This document shows positions 59,320 to 64,000 of a stretch of 64,000 bases of DNA, in pieces. Location: assembly GCA_964252075.1 (NCBI GenBank), contig CAXULY010000016.1, forward strand, positions 47,689-111,688, written 5' to 3'. This stretch comes from an uncultured Deinococcaceae bacterium (GTDB lineage Bacteria > Deinococcota > Deinococci > Deinococcales > Deinococcaceae). Every line of letters begins with the position of its first letter. Within the stretch, counting starts at the first letter, position 1. Under the pieces are notes generated by a model that was not told the DNA's origin, ran no database searches, and worked only from the letters and a program-made list of their open reading frames with translations. The position numbers were made by a program, and so were the translations under genes.

Positions 59320-59967
59320 GTGAATCGCCAGGCGCGCCCCGTGAAGCCCGCGTTGACCCTCGCCCAGCGCAGCAATCTCTCGTCACTGACGGCCCTCGGG
59401 TACCCCTGGTGGCGTGCGCGGTCCCTCACCTTGCTGAGTGGATCATCCTTTCATTTAAGCCGCGAGGCGGCGCTGTTCCTGAAGCTGTGCGAACCGCGCG
59501 CGGGGGAACGCTGGCTGGACGCCGGCACGTCCGGGGGGTTCTACGCGGGCGTGCTGGCGGGCGCGGGCTGCGAGGTGCTCGCCGCCGACCTGAGCTCCGC
59601 CATGCTGGACGTCGCGCGCGGGCGCGTGCACGACCCGAAGGTGGTGTGGGCGTACCTGAACATCGAGGACAGCGGCATGCCCGACGCGGACTTCGACGGC
59701 ATCACGGTCGGCGCGACCCTCAACGAGACCCACGACCCCGAGCGGTTCCTGGGGGAGTGCGCGCGCCTCCTGCGGCCCGGTGGGCAGTTGTGGCTGATGT
59801 ACCTCACGCGCACGGGCGGACCCTTGCAGCAGCTGCTCGGGCACCCGGGGCTGGGTGGGCTGAACTTCCCGGACCCCGCGCAGGTCACGCGCTGGCTTGC
59901 GCCCCTCACGCCCGTCACGGCGTTCAGCGTGGGCAATGTGCGCTTCGAGCGGCACCTCCGCCCGTGA
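59320..59967 (+). CDS. class I SAM-dependent methyltransferase
   Basis: [24 protein letters not shown]; start uncertain (59257-59320). Confidence 0.82.
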   Translation: MNRQARPVKPALTLAQRSNLSSLTALGYPWWRARSLTLLSGSSFHLSREAALFLKLCEPRAGERWLDAGTSGGFYAGVLAGAGCEVLAADLSSAMLDVARGRVHDPKVVWAYLNIEDSGMPDADFDGITVGATLNETHDPERFLGECARLLRPGGQLWLMYLTRTGGPLQQLLGHPGLGGLNFPDPAQVTRWLAPLTPVTAFSVGNVRFERHLRP

Positions 59968-60051
59968 CACCCCGTGGCGCGGCGCTCTGTAAGAAGTCGT
60001 GAGGTTTCAGGGCCGCCCGGCCCCGTACACTCCTGTTCAGGAGGGCAAGCG

Positions 60052-60927
<876 letters not shown>

Positions 60928-60968
60928 CCGCACCGCCGCACCACTCTCAGAAATCAGTTGAGGCACAC

Positions 60969-62591
60969 GTGAGACGCAAAACCGCCACCATCATCGGGGC
61001 CGGCTTCGGAGGGCTGGCGCTCGGCATCCGCCTGCAGAGCCTGGGGTTCGACACCACCATCGTGGAGGCGCTCGACCAGCCGGGCGGCCGCGCGTACCAG
61101 CGCCGCACGCCCGAGGGCTTCATCTTCGACATGGGGCCCACCGTCATCACGGTGCCGCACTTCATCGAGGAGCTCTTCGCGCTCACGCGCGACCGCGCCG
61201 CGCTGGGCGAGCCGGACTTCCCGGACGCCGTGCGCGCGGCGCCGCGCGTGCGGGTGGGGGAGAGCGGCGGCCCCATGACCAGCCAGTACGTGCGCCTCGT
61301 GCCGATCCTGCCCTTCTACCGCATCATCTTCGACGACGGCACGCACTTCGATTACGACGGCGACCCGGTCAGCACCCGCGCGCAGATCGCGGCGCTCGCG
61401 CCGGAAGACCTCGCGGGGTACGAGCGTTTCCACGAGGACGCCCGCGCGATCTTCGAGCGCGGCTTCCTGGAACTCGGGTACACGCACTTCGGGGACGTGC
61501 CGAGCATGCTGCGCGTGCTGCCGGACCTGCTGCGCCTGGACGCCGTGCGCAGCCTCTTCAGCTTCACCAGCAAGTACTTCTCAAGCCCCAAGATGCGTCA
61601 GGTGTTCTCCTTCGAGACGCTGCTGGTGGGCGGCAACCCCCTGAGTGTGCCCGCCATCTACGCCATGATTCACTTCGTGGAGAAAACCTGGGGCGTGCAT
61701 TACGCGATAGGCGGCACGGGCGCCCTCGTGGACGCCTTCGCGCGCAAGTTCCGGGAGCTGGGCGGCACCCTGCGCGTGAACGCGCCTGTGGAGCGCATCC
61801 TGACGGAGGGCCGCGTGGCGCGCGGCGTGCGCCTCGCGGGCGGTGAGGAACTGCGCTCGGACGTGGTGGTCAGCAACGCCGACTGGGCGAACACCTACCT
61901 GAAGCTCATCGAGCCGGGCGCGCGGCGCGTGAACAACGACCTGCGCGTGCGCGCGGCGCGGCAGAGCATGGGGCTGTTCGTCATCTACTTCGGCTTCCGC
62001 GACGACGGCCGACCGCTGAGCCTGCGCCACCACAACATCATCCTCGGGCCGCGCTACGAGGGTCTGCTGCGCGACATCTTCGGCGGCATCTCGGGGCGCG
62101 GCGTGCTCGCCGAGGACTTCAGCCAGTACCTGCACGTCCCGACCCTCACCGACCCCAGCCTCGCGCCCGCCGGGCACCACGCGGCGTACACGCTGGTGCC
62201 CGTCCCGAACGCCCTGAGCGGCATTGACTGGGATGTGCAGGGCCCCATCCTGCGGGAGCGCGTGCTGACCTTTCTGGAGGAGCGCGGCCACATTCCGGAC
62301 CTGCACGCGCGCCTCGCGTACGTGGATCACGTGACGCCCGATTACTTCGAGGGCACCCTGCGTTCGCACCTCGGGAACGCTTTCGGGCCGGAGCCCGTGC
62401 TGGTGCAGAGCGCGTTTTTCCGCCCGCACAACCGGAGCGAGGACATTCGGAACCTCTACCTGGTCGGCGCGGGCGCGCAGCCGGGTGCGGGCACACCGAG
62501 CGTCATGATGAGCGCCAAAATGACGGCGCGCCTGATTGCGCAGGACTTCGGCATTCACCCGCGCGTGGCAGAGGGCGTGGCGGCAGGTTAG
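60969..62591 (+). CDS. crtI: phytoene desaturase
   Basis: [52 protein letters not shown]. Confidence 0.95.
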   Translation: MRRKTATIIGAGFGGLALGIRLQSLGFDTTIVEALDQPGGRAYQRRTPEGFIFDMGPTVITVPHFIEELFALTRDRAALGEPDFPDAVRAAPRVRVGESGGPMTSQYVRLVPILPFYRIIFDDGTHFDYDGDPVSTRAQIAALAPEDLAGYERFHEDARAIFERGFLELGYTHFGDVPSMLRVLPDLLRLDAVRSLFSFTSKYFSSPKMRQVFSFETLLVGGNPLSVPAIYAMIHFVEKTWGVHYAIGGTGALVDAFARKFRELGGTLRVNAPVERILTEGRVARGVRLAGGEELRSDVVVSNADWANTYLKLIEPGARRVNNDLRVRAARQSMGLFVIYFGFRDDGRPLSLRHHNIILGPRYEGLLRDIFGGISGRGVLAEDFSQYLHVPTLTDPSLAPAGHHAAYTLVPVPNALSGIDWDVQGPILRERVLTFLEERGHIPDLHARLAYVDHVTPDYFEGTLRSHLGNAFGPEPVLVQSAFFRPHNRSEDIRNLYLVGAGAQPGAGTPSVMMSAKMTARLIAQDFGIHPRVAEGVAAG

Positions 62592-62923
62592 GGTCAACCC
62601 TGCAAACCAGCAACGGGCGCAAATGGGCGCTTCAGAAGTCGTTCAGCTACGGGTGTCATCCTGCGGTCAGGAGGGACCCCAGTCCCGACCCCGGCGCGGA
62701 CAATGGAGCCACACCTCTCGTCCGCAGGCTCGCCTCGCTGTTACCGCCTGAGGAACAGGTGGTAAGCGCCGTCACAACAGGCGCATGAATATATGTCAAA
62801 ATAGGAAAGTTGCGCCAGTGTGCGCGCCACGTTTGTTCGTTAACTTTCCACCCCGCTCCAGCTTCGGCCCGCACGCGCGCGCTGAGGGCCAGGTTGCGGC
62901 CAGAATGCGGAGGCAAGGCCAGG

Positions 62924-63394
62924 ATGTTCAATCCCCCCACTGTTGAAGATCTGCAGGAAACCCGTCGCCAGAATGAGAAGCTCGTCCTGAAGGCGCTGGA
63001 CAGCAAGCCCGAATGGGTCGAGACCGAACTCGCCAAGACCACCGGCCTGGCTCTCTCGCACCTGCGCGCCGCGCTCGCCAGCCTGCTCGACCAGGGCCGC
63101 GTGCGCCGCCTCCCCGGCACCGGCACGCGCGCCGTGTACGGCCTCGCCGACCCCGGTCTCGCGGACGTGCAGCCCACCCCCCTCACCTCGAACGCAAAGA
63201 AGGTCCGCACCTACCTCGAGGGCCGCGCGGACAGCGCCCTGCACATCGCCGAGGAGCTGCGCCTCACGCGCGAGGAGGTCATGGCGGCCCTGTCCCTGCT
63301 GAACGCGCACAACATGATCACCTGCACCTTCGTGGGCAGCCTCGTGATCTTCCGCCTGCGCGAAGCGGTCGTGGACAAGAAGCAAGTCGCCTGA
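62924..63394 (+). CDS. tandem winged-helix putative DNA-binding protein
   Basis: Two HTH-like units: TELAKTTGLALSHLRAALASLLDQGRV and HIAEELRLTREEVMAALSLLNAHNMI. Confidence 0.75.
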   Translation: MFNPPTVEDLQETRRQNEKLVLKALDSKPEWVETELAKTTGLALSHLRAALASLLDQGRVRRLPGTGTRAVYGLADPGLADVQPTPLTSNAKKVRTYLEGRADSALHIAEELRLTREEVMAALSLLNAHNMITCTFVGSLVIFRLREAVVDKKQVA

Positions 63395-63410
63395 ACCCGC
63401 AAGAACGCCG

Positions 63411-63436
63411 ACCGGACGCCCTGATGGGCGTCCGGT
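63411..63436 (+). terminator. hairpin after wHTH gene
   Basis: ACCGGACGCCC-tgat-GGGCGTCCGGT. Confidence 0.65.
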
Positions 63437-63454
63437 TCGCTATTGTCTCGCGCT

Positions 63455-64000
63455 ATGGGCAGCGGCCCATTGCTCGTACGGCATCGTTGTTTGAGCGTTG
63501 ACCATTGACCGTCGGCTGCATTCACAGCCCAAGGCAAGCACTGCGCCAGCCCACGATAAGGAAGTCACCGAGCGGGACGTGCACTGCTCCCTGGAGCAAC
63601 CCTTCCTCCCAGGCAGCGCGGGCAGTGGGCCAGTTGGGCGTGATCTCTGGGACTGGGCGTCTTTCCCCAGGACCACGTCATTGGCATGGTTTCCATGTGG
63701 GCGCTTTGCTTCCCAGTCCTGCGCGAGGTAAAGACCAGTTCCGGGCTTGGCCTGGATTTCCACGGTCGTGGCTTCGGCACGCAGGCGTAGCGCGCTTTTG
63801 TATCTGGCCTTCGATGAACCCAGGTCGGTGGCTGCCCTGAATAAAGTCTTCCAGGACGCCACGACGCAGGGCGTGTCGCGCAAGTTCGGTTACCTACGCG
63901 GCGCCATTCCACGCGACATCCCAGACAGTCAGGCGACGATGTCGGATCGCCTGCGCCTCGTGCGGGAGGTCTGGAGCCGGGTCGCGCACGCCTGTTCCAA
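63455..64000 (+). pseudogene. eroded RimJ/RimL-type GNAT acetyltransferase
   Basis: Fragments in different frames: DHVIGMVS...FPVLREVKTSSGLGLDFHGRGFGTQA* then ALLYLAFDE...VFQD...QGVSRKFGY; boundaries approximate. Confidence 0.6.

Overview
GC-rich bacterial chromosomal segment. Gene content and protein sequences point to Deinococcota, most likely Deinococcus (inference). It is mostly core genome: lysA (partial), mnmA, greA, pilT, purB, suhB, dxs, pspA, a trpE-(GNAT-imm53)-trpG-trpD operon, ribF, the dcw cluster murD-ftsW-murG-murC-murB-ftsQ-ftsA-ftsZ, a Ca2+/H+ antiporter, pepF, cdd/corC/dgkA/ybeY/phoH, a GH18 chitinase, aroE, a CHASE-PAS histidine kinase with a hybrid kinase, tryptophan 2,3-dioxygenase, a DUF4384 surface protein, an S9 peptidase and crtB-crtI. 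I saw no rRNA, tRNA, CRISPR array, IS element or prophage. The most interesting observations are: (1) a fusion of a degenerate PlsY-like membrane domain to an acyl-ACP-reductase-like domain, a candidate for the unusual alkylamine lipids of this phylum; (2) an apparently leaderless Trp-Trp-Trp leader peptide with a complete attenuator upstream of trpE; (3) an AT-rich orphan Imm53 immunity gene inserted in the trp operon; (4) a Pro/Arg-rich, MgtL-reminiscent uORF coupled to a CorC/HlyC Mg-homeostasis gene; (5) a structured 5' UTR of pilT; (6) three pseudogenes (amber-interrupted dinB, a frameshifted methyltransferase inside the dcw cluster, an eroded RimJ-type GNAT); (7) pervasive leaderless -10-only promoters. 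All calls come from motif recognition by eye; no database searches were run.
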